Shown: positions 30,062 through 42,750, counted from the stretch's first letter. The stretch is DNA of 64,000 nucleotides from Octopus vulgaris (GCA_951406725.2 OX597820.1:90954001-91018000), one strand, 5' to 3'. Translations and numbers: made by a program. The notes: generated from the letters alone by a model not told the origin.

Positions 30062-30062
<1 letters not shown>

Positions 30063-30914
30063 AGCATATACACGTATAAATGCCTGTATGTAGATGTGTA
30101 TTGTGGACATTTTTTAAGCGGAGAAGCACATGAAAATATGGTGAAAAATATGACAGGTAATATCATTGAAAGTTAATGGTATAAAGTTGAGAATATTATA
30201 GGCAAGTGTTGACAGCGTCAGTAAGGAATGTAAATCATTTTCTATGAAGACAATTGATGTATTACAATATTGATAGTATAAATACAGATGATCGTGTTGA
30301 TGTTCAATATTGTTCAAAGCGGTCGGTCTAGACAGTAAACAATCGAAACGGCATTAATAATAAAATAAGTATAGTTAGGTCCTGCTATTTACTGAAATAA
30401 GTCAAGATTTAGTCTATAATTCAAAGATATCAACGTCTTGTTTTTTTTGTGGTTGTTGTTATTGTCGTTGTTTTCTTACAACTTCTGTTTAGGAGTTAGA
30501 TTTATTTGCTTACATCAGAAGAAGAAGAAGAAATTAAATTGTTGGCAATATGTTGCGCTGTTTATTTGCTTTTCCCATTAGTATTTTCGTTAACTTTTGT
30601 CCTTTATTGTACTATTTTTCCTTGGTTTTAGGTGGCGTGTATTATGATACACTTCCATTTTCAAATTGATGGATCACATTGCGTTAGAGATTATCTCGTT
30701 CCAGCAGGCGGTCAACATAGAACGATAATCAATAATGAATTGTCTTTCAAACATTTATTTCAAGGTCTGACTATCACACATCAGTCATGACCTCTATAGT
30801 TTGTCTCCTTGAAGGATACGAATTAGTTCTTCATTTCCCCCTAGATCAGAAAAGGAATGGCACCGCTCATACTTCTTTTTAGGGGCTCTGAATCCGGTAA
30901 AGGAGTAGGTGATA

Positions 30915-31193
30915 TTTTCATGGGCCCGGTTTCCCGGTTTCTGTGGCGTATATATTCCCCCCAGCTGGACGGGACGCTAGTCCATCGCAGTTAGTTAAGA
31001 AACAGGAAGGAAGAGTGAGAGAAAGTTGAGGCGAAATAGTACAACAGGGGTCGCCACCATCCCATTCCGAAACCTCGTGGAGCTTTAGGTGTTTTCGCTC
31101 AATAAATACACACAACGCCCGGTCTGGGAATCGAAACCGTGATCTTCCGACCACGAGTCCCCTGCCCTAACCACTGGGCCATTGCACCTCCAC
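30915..31193 (-). mobile_element. tRNA-derived SINE type C1 with 11-bp TSD
   Basis: Minus strand starts GTGGAGGTGCAATGGCCCAGTGGTTAGGG (A box) ... GGTTTCGATTCCC (B box). TSD AGTAGGTGATA at 30904-14 and 31194-204. Confidence 0.85.
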
Positions 31194-31440
31194 AGTAGGT
31201 GATAATACTGTCCTTAAATCGAAGCTTTGTTCCAACTTAGACTCCGCTAAATATGTAACGATCAGGTAGTTACGACAAAACAGGTGAAGAGGGATTATGT
31301 CGGTCGTCAAATGTAATGAAATTTGCAGCAAAAACGAACTTCTATATGGTACAGAATTATAACAGCGTTATACCAGCTATAGCACAGTAATAAGGTGTTA
31401 TATCACTATAGTAGTACCATATCAGCAATAATACAGTCTT

Positions 31441-31693
31441 TAGTGTAGCCCTTTTAAAGCCTAGCCAGGCTCATGGACCTGGTTTCCCGGTTTCTATGGC
31501 GTATGTGTTCCCCAGCTGGATGGGACGCCATTCCATCGCAGCGTTACTCATTTTTGCCAGCTAAGTGGACTGGAGCGACGTGAAATGAAGTGTTTTTTTT
31601 CAAGAACACAATGCGTCGCACGATCCAGGAATCGGATCCACAATCTTACGATCATGGTGCTGACACCCTAACCACTAAGCCACGTGCCTCCTC
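31441..31693 (-). mobile_element. tRNA-derived SINE type C2 (tail shared with C1, different centre)
   Basis: Minus-strand head GAGGCACGTGGCTTAGTGGTTAGGG. Shares GGTTTCCCGGTTTCT..GGCGTAT...CCCAGCTGGA.GGGACG with C1. Probable TSD ACAGTCTT at 31433-40 and 31694-701. Confidence 0.8.
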
Positions 31694-31774
31694 ACAGTCT
31701 TGAGTCAGTAATCATATCTTTATATTGATGTAAATGTGTATCAATGTAAAAGTATATATTGTTTCTTAGTCATG

Positions 31775-32090
31775 GGTACTTCGAAATCACACAATTCCAG
31801 GTTCAGTCCTTCTGCGTAGCACTTTGATTAAGTATTTTCTGCTATAGTGCAAGGCCGATGGAAATTTTGTGGGAGGACTTAGAAAGACGGAAACTGAAAG
31901 AAGCCTGTTATATATACGTATATATATATGCGTGTGCTTCTGTTTGTCTCCCACCACCGCTTGGAAAACGGTGTTGGTTTCTTTACGTCCTCTAACTTAG
32001 CCGTTTGGCATATGAGAACAGAAGAATTAGCAACAGGCTCAAAAAGGTAAGTACTGAGGTCGATTTGTTTGCCTAAAGCTCCTTAAATAA
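31775..32090 (+). mobile_element. SINE type B, diverged
   Basis: GGTTCAGTCC, GACGGAAACTGAAAGAAGCC, GGTGTTGGTTT, AAGTACTGAGGTCGATTTG. Confidence 0.75.
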
Positions 32091-35000
32091 GCGCTACAAA
32101 ATATAAGATATATTAACAATATTATAGTGTTATACCCGCAATAGTAGGGCTTCATGTCAGTATTTGTAAAGTTATTTCAGCAATATTGCAGTGTTATAAC
32201 AGCCTTAGTTTCGCGTCTTTTGAGTAACATAGCATTATGTTATTTATATTAGCAAAACTTAGTTTTATATCAGCAATAGTACAGTGCTACGCTGGCAAAA
32301 ATACAGGCTTATATCAGCAATGGTTACGATATGTATATTAGCAATAGCACAGCGTTATATTAGATATGTCAGTGTTATATTAGCAACAGTACAGTGTTAT
32401 ATAAGATATAATACAATTTTACTGTGGAAGAAGAGATAAGAACTAGTTTAACTTGTCTTTCGATAATATATAGGATATGTAATGTCATTTGTACATTACA
32501 TACCCTTTTTTAAAATATCTGAACTAGTACATATTATGCTCACTCAAAAAAAAAAAATCAATATAATACTGTCGTTGACACGAATTCTGTTGAATACTAT
32601 GTAGTCTTTCAATGAAATGAGATCTATTCAGGATTTTGATTTTGGGGTGACTGCCATTACACTTTATTACATTTCACTTATGTTGACAAATGACTTATAA
32701 AATCCATAATAATCAATATATAGGTAGTGTTGTAACACATCCAATGAAAGGGACAGTTCAAAGCCTTAGTACTGTTTAAATTGCCAGAGACAACAAAAGG
32801 ACGAACTAAACATATTATGTTCTACAAATAGCCACCTGATCTTCTGAGTATGAATCCCTGTGAAATATTTTTTTATAATTTTTTTTAATATTTTGCTTTT
32901 ATCAATGAGATAAGTAACAATGTTATATATTGATTTCTTATATAGGCACAAGGCCTCAAATTACAATAGTATATTATGATCGATTCAATCATCATAACAA
33001 AAAATTAGTCTTCTTCTTGGTTGAAAGAATCTGATATTACAACAAAAGAATCGATATTAATGACAATCTCGAATTGAAAGCGATAGTTATATTAACAAAA
33101 ACAACATGTTACCTGCACGATATTATATAATGGCTGAAAATTATTTCATCAATACATGTACTATAAAGGCTATTGGTGCTGACGTATACAACTATATTAC
33201 GAGATCAACTTCTCATGACTACAGGAAAAAGTGAAGAGTTAATTTTGTGGTTACTGCAACAGTATTGGTTTCATTTCACAAATGCTCAATATTTTTGTGG
33301 AAGGGGAAATATAAAGTGTGACGTTTATAGTTTTTCCAATGGCATGATTGGCGATACTAAAACAATAGTAAAATGACTTCAAAGAAGAAATCTGTTGAAA
33401 ACGTTAGAATTCACTTCTCACAGCACACACTAAATATAAATATATTAGCTTTATTTCATTTTTTTTATTCATACTATATTTAAGTCTTTATTATTTTTAT
33501 ATACGTGGAGGATAATATTACTCATAAACCTCTCTCTCTCTCTCCATTTCGTACGTATATACATCCCCGCGCGTATATATACACAAACACACCCACACAC
33601 ACGCACGCATACAGAAGATAGTAAGTTTCTGAGATGCATTACTAAATATAATATCAGCAAACACCTCCATGCCATAAACGAAACGAAGTAACAATGTGTA
33701 GATAAACAGGGACTCACCCATCCTAAATTATACTAATAGATAACATAATAGACACAATAGATAACAGTAGCAGGTACATGGCTAAAATCTCATCGAACTG
33801 AATATTAGTCAACAGCTTGTGCTCCTCACAATAAAATAGAATTCTAATTGGTAGTGTTTCCATAACAATCTGATGTGGATTGAGCAAATAATAATGATGA
33901 ATATCAAACTTAAAACAGAAAAATGTTTCGGTTAAACCTTATCATAGCTCAATGTAATGTGATATTCCTTCCACTTATCAGTATGTATTTCTCCCCCACT
34001 TTATGTAGATACCGTATGATCTATTACAAAAATAAGCGTTACGTTCAGTTATAGTAATATTCATAATCGATAATCGCACCCAAAGTCTAAATTCAGAGTC
34101 ATAAATAAATGCCTTCTGAATGGCAAGTATCTCTCAAAACGAATATTATACGAACGTAGAAGACATCTCCTGCAGTGTTAAAAAAGAATACAAAACGTAT
34201 ACTGAATTAACCTCTAACAAATTTTGAAGCAAGCTTCATTCTATGCAACTAGTCTTTTAGAAACAGAACAGCGAAGTGAGTTCTTTTCAATTTTTTTAAA
34301 GACATGGGACAGAATAACCCGTCGATAAAGTGAATGTTGCATTGTTGTAAATGCAAATGCATTCTTCAGTCGAGGCAAATGTTTTCGTCAACAAAATGCT
34401 GAAAACTGCAACTATTGACTGACTGGTGTAAGACAAAAAGCGAAAATTTCTTGTCATGCCTTTCTGCCAATAAATTTATTACCCAAGTCTTCATGTATAT
34501 CACGTACCAAAGTGATCCGAACTGCTAAGTGGATGAATCCCTCACCATAACTGACTACACGAGTGTCATTTGACTCGACATGCAAAAACATGCTAATATA
34601 CCAGTACCTACAAACAAATTGTGTAGTCACGTCCATTCTTCAGCAAAACGTATTCTTTCGGTTATCACACGAGACAAATACATGGAAAAATTTATCATGA
34701 AACCAATCAAATATTATATACGTATATTATTCTTAATGAAAATTTATCATATTACTTTCACTCCCATAACTCCATAACTACAACTAAATGATATTATCAA
34801 GCGGGAGAGAGTAAAGCAAATGTTAATATTATTTAACAAAACTTTTATTATGAATTTCAAAAGTTTCTCCTATACGTTTTCTACAAGAGTAGTACATGCC
34901 CGTCCCGTGGTCTAGTATTATGTCAAAAAGGCAAATTGGTTGTAATGTTATATGATTCTTCAAGAAATTATCCATAACATGGCCGTTGATATGACTTGAG

Positions 35001-35398
35001 ATTGTCGAAGCTTCACCCTTGCAGTGGTCCAAACTGAAGGCACGTTTTTAGAGGAACTAGGATACGTAAACCAATGAGGCCAATTGCCTCAGCCACATCG
35101 AAACATTCAGACAGTGGAATGCTTCGTTTTTCATGTAGTGAGAATAATAGTGAAAGAGGACTGACCATTGAGTGTTCATAAGGATTATCATCTGATGATG
35201 GTGTGTGCGTGTCTATGTTTGTGTGTGAATGTATTAGGAATGCATACATATAAATACATAGGCGGTTTGTGGATTGGATGAGGCATTTGAATCATTTGGT
35301 CATCAGGATTTAAACCAGCTAACCTCGAATTGCATACACATTACAACAATTTATATATAAATACATACGTTTGCATATACATAAAAGTATGTATGTGG

Positions 35399-35434
<36 letters not shown>

Positions 35435-35449
35435 ATAGATAGATATATA

Positions 35450-36058
35450 TTATCTTGACCGACCAGTCCGTCGGGTGTTCATTTAACACCGCTGGTCACA
35501 GCACGCTGTCCACTTCCCCTGGATCGCGCCTTTCTCATCCACGTGAGCCCAATCGTCCTCCTGAAGTCGTAACTCCACCGTCGTGGAGGCCATCCGGGTG
35601 GTCGTTTCCGCTCGCGCGGGTACCACTCGACAACTGCGCGGGTCCACCGATTATAGGTGAGCCGGGCGACCTGTCCAGCCTATCTAAACTTGCTGCATGT
35701 ATACTCTGCGATGACATCCCTCACGCCGGACTTCTTTCTGATGATCTCGCTACTGATGTGCTCTCTCAAAGAGTAGCAAGCATTGACTTTTCCATGGCTC
35801 TTTGAGCCGTTACCAGTCTCTGCTCTTCTCTCTTAGTGGTAGCCCATGTTTCACTACCATATATCATTGCAGGTAGAACTGTACTGCTGATGAGGTTTGC
35901 GCGGGTGGTCCTGCTCAACCTTCCCTTGAGTACATCCCTTATGCCATTAAACTCCATCCGGCCCTTACTCTCCGTGGGATCTCATTTTCGATATCTCGGC
36001 GCATATTCACTTCCTGTCCCAGGAAGACATATTCCTTTATCTCCTCTATTTCATCACT
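35450..36058 (-). mobile_element. 5'-truncated RTE-clade non-LTR retrotransposon (RT C-terminus and 3' end)
   Basis: Minus-strand translation across frameshifts: EYVFLGQEVN...EIPRRVRAGW / STVLPAMIYGSETW...RLVTAQRAMEKSML / KFR*AGQVAR...RWTRAVVEWYPRERKRPPGWPPRRW, the classic RTE C-terminal motifs. GC-rich and flanked by (TA)n. Confidence 0.9.
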
Positions 36059-36797
36059 AATATATATATATATATATATATAGTTGAGTATTGATCAATT
36101 TATATATATATATATATATATATAGTTGAGTATTGATCAATTTATATATATATATCAAGTATGTAGATATTTGTGTTAACATACATATCTATGTTAATAT
36201 TCATATATGTACATATATATGTTTATATATACAGATTTGTATATAAAATTGTGTATGTATATATGTGTCAGTGTGTATGTGTGGGTGTAAAAAAAACTCT
36301 TACACAAACACGCGCGGATATACATACATATACCTACCTACTACAAATATACATGCATACATAAATACATACATACATACAACATACATACATGCATACA
36401 TACATACATACATACATACATACATACATACATACATACATACATACATACATACATACATACATACGTACAATTGCGTTAGAATGCTTTGCACTGGAAG
36501 CACATTGAAAGTTAATGTCCAATATAAATATTGCCGCTATTGCATGCCGAGATATAGAGATACGGAGTTAAATTAAACTTAAATTTTCTTCTTATCAGTT
36601 CTTTTTTAGTCTGTGAAGAATATTTATGAGCTGAATATCTAGCATGAATTAAGTTAATCAATATTTAAAAGAATAATTTTATATTAAAAATCACTTGAAA
36701 CAACGAAAATAAAATACGTGAACTAAATATTTCTGTAATATTCCTGCAAATATATTTACTCATATGTAAACAGTTTGGAATAAATGTAAAGAAAAGG

Positions 36798-36800
<3 letters not shown>

Positions 36801-36889
<89 letters not shown>

Positions 36890-37123
36890 TTATAATTATA
36901 TTTATATATATGTATATATATATATATAAATGCTTATATATGTATCTATATCTATATAAATACATTTGTATGTATCTATATCTATATAAATACATATATA
37001 TGTATCATTATCTATATATATTAATACGTATATATAAGAATATATATAAATATATATATACTCATATATACATATATAAATATATATGTGTGTGTGCATA
37101 TCTATATACGTATATATATAAGA

Positions 37124-37161
<38 letters not shown>

Positions 37162-37294
37162 GTATCTATATATATTAATACGTATATAAGAATATATATA
37201 TATATATACATATATGTACGTATATATATAAATATATATGTGTGTGTAGATAAATATGTATATATATATGTGAGTATGTGTGTGTGCATATATG

Positions 37295-37330
<36 letters not shown>

Positions 37331-37345
37331 CGTGTGTATATATCT
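36801..37345. repeat. Long degenerate (TA)n/(TG)n tract
   Basis: Read directly. Confidence 0.9.
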
Positions 37346-37682
37346 TTGTATGCATGTATGTATGTATTGTTATTGTTCTTGTTTTGCGCTGTTGTTTTGT
37401 ATTGCTTGGAACAAACAAAAGGAGTGGCGAGGAACAGAATGGTGTGGCGAGTAGAAAACAGTTTCAGAATGATTATTTTAGAAATATTTCTCCTTGCACA
37501 GCCTTATTTAGAAACAGAAAGCGAAACAACCAGTGATAAAATAAAACATAAAAATGACGTCAAAGTTTTTAATCCGTCTCTATGGAAACTTTAGGTTAAT
37601 CTTAAATCCTGCTGTAGCAAGAAATACAATCAAAATTATATATTGCCGCTATAACTCCAACTGTTTCTATTGTTCATGCATT

Positions 37683-37742
<60 letters not shown>

Positions 37743-37761
37743 CACCACCACCACCACCACC

Positions 37762-37805
<44 letters not shown>

Positions 37806-37824
37806 CATTACTACCACCACCACC

Positions 37825-37858
<34 letters not shown>

Positions 37859-37916
37859 TTACTACTACTACTACTATTACTACTACTACTATTACTACTA
37901 CTACTACTACTACTAC
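37683..37916. repeat. Alternating (TAC)n/(CAC)n trinucleotide blocks
   Basis: Read directly. Confidence 0.95.
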
Positions 37917-38022
37917 GGTTGCTGCTGCTGATGATGATGGTCGTGGTGACGATGATTATGAGGACGATGATGCGATGATGGTGGTAGTGATGGTGGAGGT
38001 GGAGAGATATGACGGTGAAGGA

Positions 38023-38082
38023 GATGGTGCTTGTGATGATGGTGCTTGTGATGATGGTGCTTGTGATGATGGTGCTTGTGAT
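38023..38082. repeat. Perfect 15-bp tandem repeat GATGGTGCTTGTGAT x4
   Basis: Read directly. Confidence 0.9.
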
Positions 38083-38089
38083 ACTATTG

Positions 38090-38341
38090 CTGACTGTGAT
38101 GGTGGTGGTGGTGGTGGTGATTGTAGTGGTGATTATGTAGTGTAATTGAAGTGATGGTGATGGCGATGGTCGTCTTTGTCGTCGTCATCGCTGCGGTGTT
38201 GTTGGTGGTTGTTGCTGTTGTTGGTTGTGGTTGTGTTGGTGGTGGTGGTAGTGGTGGGGGTGCTTGTTTTGCTGTTGGTGGTGGTGGTGTTGGTTGTGTT
38301 GATGGTGGTTGTGCTTGTGGTGGTAGTGGTAGTGGTGGGTT

Positions 38342-38372
<31 letters not shown>

Positions 38373-38865
38373 TGTTGATGGTGGCAGTAGTGGGGGGTTG
38401 TTGTTATTGGTGGTGGTTTTGTTGATGGTGGTTGTTGTGCTGGCGGTGGTAGTGGTAGTGGTGGGTTTTGTTGTTGTTGGTTGTAGTGGTTGCGTTGATG
38501 GTGGTAGTGGTGGGGGGTTTTGATGTTGTTATTGGTGGTGGTGGTGGTGGTTTTGTCGTCGTTGTTGTTGTTGGTGGTGGTGGTGGTGTTGATGGTGGTG
38601 GTTGTGTTGATGGTGGTGGTTGTGCTGGTGGTGGGAGTGGTAATGGTGAATTTTTTTGTTGTTGTTGGTGGTGGTGGTGTTGATGGTGGTGATTGTGTTG
38701 ATGGTAGTGGTAGTGCTGGTGGTGGTAGTGGTGATGGTGAGTTTTGTTGTTGTTGTTGGTGGTGGTGATATTGATGGTGGTGGTTGTGTTGATGTTGATG
38801 GTGGTGGTGGGTTTTGTTGTTGTTGTTGTTGGTGGTGGTGGTATTGATGGTGGTGGTTGTTATTG
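38090..38865. repeat. (GGT/GTT)-rich low-complexity array with recurring higher-order motifs
   Basis: Recurring GGTTGTGTTGATGGTGG and GGGTTTTGTTGTTG motifs. Confidence 0.9.
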
Positions 38866-39441
38866 GTAGTGACGGTGTTTCTGATAATTCAATTAACGCT
38901 CCCCAATTGCAGTTGTAACTACTGCAGTTGTTGCTAATAATACGTTCCTCGCCCATAAACATGTTATTCGTTAGTTATGATAATTCGCTCTTTAATTCCG
39001 TTCAATGTTGTGCAAAACACTGATTCGTTCATGGATGGTTTTTGAAGGTGATTGATTTATATGAACTGTAGCTACCAGCCGCTCAATCAACTCTACTGAA
39101 TTTATGGTGAAATGGAGGTTGTGAGTGGTTTCCCAAGGCTCTCTACATGAGAAAAAATATCTGAGTTTGTAGGAATATTTATTAGTGAGCAGGTGTATGT
39201 ATGAGAGAGAGGGAGAAAGAGAGGAATATTCACACTAGTACTTCGCTGGTAGTTTATGTATTGACCGCGAGAAGATAACCGTTGATTTCCGCTTAATTTG
39301 TGTCAGAGCTCAACAATCCTAAGCAATATATATTAGCGAGAGAGGCAGTATTAAAATCGAGTGGTAATATCTATTCCCACTTGAACATTGTTGTTCTGTT
39401 AGAACGATCCTTGCTGTGGTAGATACCATGAAAGAAACTCT

Positions 39442-39716
39442 GGTACTATTTAAGAAGAGTGCTCCCGGTGCGCGCACTCGCGTACACGCGCATCCGCGCT
39501 AGCGAGTCGTGACTAGTCGATCCTACAACGTCTACCTATCAAAGTAAATAGAACACAAAAAATAATAAATTTTTTTACACAAAGTAAATATTTTTTTTAA
39601 AACAAAGTAACTAAAGCACAAAACCACAAAGTAAGGATCGACGAGTCACGACTAGCTAGCAGTGATGCGTGAGTACGCGAGTGCACGCACCGGGACCACT
39701 CTTCTTAAATAGTACC
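39442..39716. mobile_element. 275-bp MITE with ~83-bp TIRs and 8-bp TSD, Merlin-like
   Basis: TIRs 39442-39524 and 39634-39716 (GGTACTATTTAAGAAGAGTG... / ...CACTCTTCTTAAATAGTACC). TSD GAAACTCT (39434-41) / GAAGCTCT (39717-24). The GGTAC terminus fits the Merlin GGNRM consensus. Confidence 0.85.
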
Positions 39717-41884
39717 GAAGCTCTCATATAATCTTTTGGTGCAGGATGCATGCTTGTTTTTTCATATCACCAGCGGGGAGATATGTTCCCACTAACTTCA
39801 GCGCCGATACCGCCAGCTCACGCGATTTCGATCTTCGTTGATCTCAACGGTAATGGTCGCTCCAGCGCTAGAGATAGTAGCGAGTCATCTCTCCGCTAGC
39901 GATATATAGAATCTGGCCAGGTATTCTAACGGACTCTCAAACGACCTTGCCAATTTCCTGCCTACTGTTATTGATGTAGTCGTAATTATATTTGCTTTTA
40001 ATGATATGGAAGAAATATTGCAGCTCTAAGGGGGAGTTCGATCCTATTCTACAGTCTTCCATCAACGTGTGATCGATAAAATATACACCTGTAATGTTCA
40101 GGTATTTAGAATAGGTAGCCATCCATCGATATTGATTTTAAAGAAAAGAAATTACCACTTTCAAGTGTACAATAAGGAAATAACACGCAACAGTGGTTTT
40201 AATGTAGTTAATACCGATGTAACCGCGAGGTAAGAAAACCTTATTTCTGTAAACTCAGATCAGTCTTTAATGTAAACTTTTGTAAATACATTACGAGACC
40301 GTCATAAGTCAACGTAATTTTTCCTAGTGCAACAAACCGTTTTATCATGCACCAGTTTTGATTATCGAATTACGCAAATTCATATCCTGTACACATCTAA
40401 ATACAAAACGAAATGTCAAAGTCCTTTCGTCATATTACTTTTCCTTTTAAAACATAATAGATGTGCATCTTTATGAAAGCAGCCAAGAATTGCGTGCTTT
40501 ATCTAGAACCAGTTATTTATTCATTGTCAACGTTATCAGAATCGTTACCACGCCAGACGAAATGTTTATTGAGATTTCTTCTGGTTGTTACGATATCAGA
40601 TCAAATCTCACTGGGGTCAACTTTGCTTTCATGTCAACGGGGGGTGATAATGTACTAACTGAACATTAGGGTCAATATAATCGACTTCCACAGCCCCGCA
40701 AAATTTCAGGTCTTATTCTTATGGTAGGGAGGATTTATTCATTGTAAACTTTAGTGGAGTTTCCTCGCTGTATTTTGCACAGATCAAGCTACACCTACTA
40801 TATGATTTGAATACGCCAATACACGGCTGGTATTGGTATACATGTATTACATATTTTACACATATGTGAGTCTAATAATTGTGACAGGGACCTGATGAAA
40901 GGCAATATCTACAAGTCCTATCTTTTTGACTGATTCATTGGTGGAATCTCTTGACGCTATACTCCAAGAGTGAATTGATCTGAGTACTCTACTCAGTGTT
41001 AGTCGATTTTACAATGAGCTACTGCTTACAGTGCTTTGATATTTCTAGTTTGGCGTAGGTTTAGGTAGGCTTAACGCAGTTCAGCCCCTAACCGCCAGTT
41101 TGCGTTATTCCCAGCTTTTCCGAGCATTTGTAACCCCATCTTCGTGGTTCATTTTGAAGTTGATAGAATGTGTGTTTAATATATGTTGTGAAAGAGATTT
41201 GCCTACTCTTTCCAGCAGGTTAATTGACCTCTTGGTGAGATACAATGCTGAATGTGCTGACAGTCGTCACAGCAAAGGAGATATGAGAGGATCATTCGTA
41301 CACACGCACACATGCACACACAAACACACACACATGCACACTCAAATACACATACACATACACACACAATTGTTAGATTCTTCCAAAATCAACCTAAGGA
41401 ATGAAAACGGAAATGTGTAACAGTTAGTTTTTCTTCCGTTTGTTTGTCTTTTGTTGTCTCAGTTTAAAAATAATTAATGTCATTTACCTCGTTCATACTT
41501 GTTATGTCAACTTGCTACAATAAAATCTTTCCTGTTCGTCTATATACATTATATCAGATTTCTATAAAAATGACATTTTTATAATTCACAGTCTACAACG
41601 TGAAATAATTTCTCATTATGAGAGATTCAAATATTCCAAAGAGGCACCGTGAATCTTTTTCTACTATATCATCAAGTTATTATATAAATGTGAATTTCTG
41701 TAAATTGAGCCTATTACTTACTTTCTCTATTAAGTTTATGTATAATAATCAATGATAGGCTACATTATAAATAAATACTATTCGGTTTTTATTTTATTTT
41801 ATTTTTTCGCCGGACGTATAGAAATGGCTGTCTGTTCCACATAAATATAAACCTAATAAACATACATCTGCCTCCTACCTCATA

Positions 41885-42130
41885 CGTGTATATATATATA
41901 TAGGTGTGTGTGTGTGTGTGTATGTATATATATATATATATGTATATATGTATATATATGTATATATATATGTATATATATGTATATATATATGTATATA
42001 TATGTATATATATATGTATATATATATATGTATATATATATATGTATGTATGTATGTATGTATACATGAATATGAGTGAGTATATATATATATATATTCC
42101 TCCCCTTCCAATCTCTCTCTCTCTCTCTCT
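41885..42130. repeat. Compound (TA)n/(TG)n/(TATG)n/(CT)n microsatellite
   Basis: Read directly. Confidence 0.9.
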
Positions 42131-42364
42131 GTACCTGTCTTTCTCCATTTATCTCTCTTTGGTTTACGATATATTCATACTTGAATAAATACGTACCGAT
42201 ATCATATAATATGCATATGTGATATTTATTACATGATAGGCATATATCAGGTGAACAAACTTCTATGAAAATGCGTACGGAGTAATTTAATGTTTTTGCA
42301 CATGGAATCATAAACACAAACAAAGACATACATATACATACATTCAGACGTGGATGTATGTGTG

Positions 42365-42400
<36 letters not shown>

Positions 42401-42518
42401 TGCGTCAGTATGTAACTATGTTGTAAATATACATAAGTTGGAATCTATACACTTCACCAGGAAGTTATACATTTCCATATTTGCACACACATACATACAT
42501 ACATACAAACATACAAAA

Positions 42519-42750
42519 CAGCTACTCTCTCAAGAATACAAGTTCAGGTTTATACCTGTAATTATTGGAGCACTGGGATATGTAACATGCTGTCTAAATG
42601 GAAATCTTGAGAAATTAGGCTTCTCAAACCAGAAAGGAGAAAGCTAATTCGAAGACTACAGATCCAGTCCATCACTGAAATTATAAACATCTGTAAAACT
42701 TTCCTGAAGTTTATCATTTAAGTATATACATAAGCATAAACATACATACA
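42519..42750 (+). mobile_element. 3' fragment of an RLE-type non-LTR retrotransposon (R4/Dong-like)
   Basis: YKFRFIPVIIGALGYVT..L..NLEKLGFS, then after a frameshift KPERRKLIRRLQIQSITE...CKTFLKFII* (stop 42719-21). PVIIGALG is typical of the restriction-like endonuclease C-terminus. (CATA)n on both sides. Confidence 0.75.

Larger units (their letters stand above)
31350..32415. repeat. Degenerate ~22-bp minisatellite (CAGTGTTATATCAGCAATAGTA) interrupted by SINEs
   Basis: Units visible at 31350-31440 and 32105-32415; SINEs C2 and B lie between them. Confidence 0.65.

Noticed and set aside
31110-31193. tRNA gene
   Set aside because: A and B boxes are present but run into a SINE body bounded by a TSD; no convincing full cloverleaf.
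36910-37536. 208-aa ORF and the many other YI/CV/HT/YLSI-repeat ORFs
   Set aside because: Translations of (TA)n, (TG)n, (TACA)n and (TAGA)n microsatellites.
38084-38962. 292-aa T/P/H/Q-rich ORF
   Set aside because: Translation of the (ACC/AAC)n low-complexity array, which lacks stops by composition; no domain or splice support.
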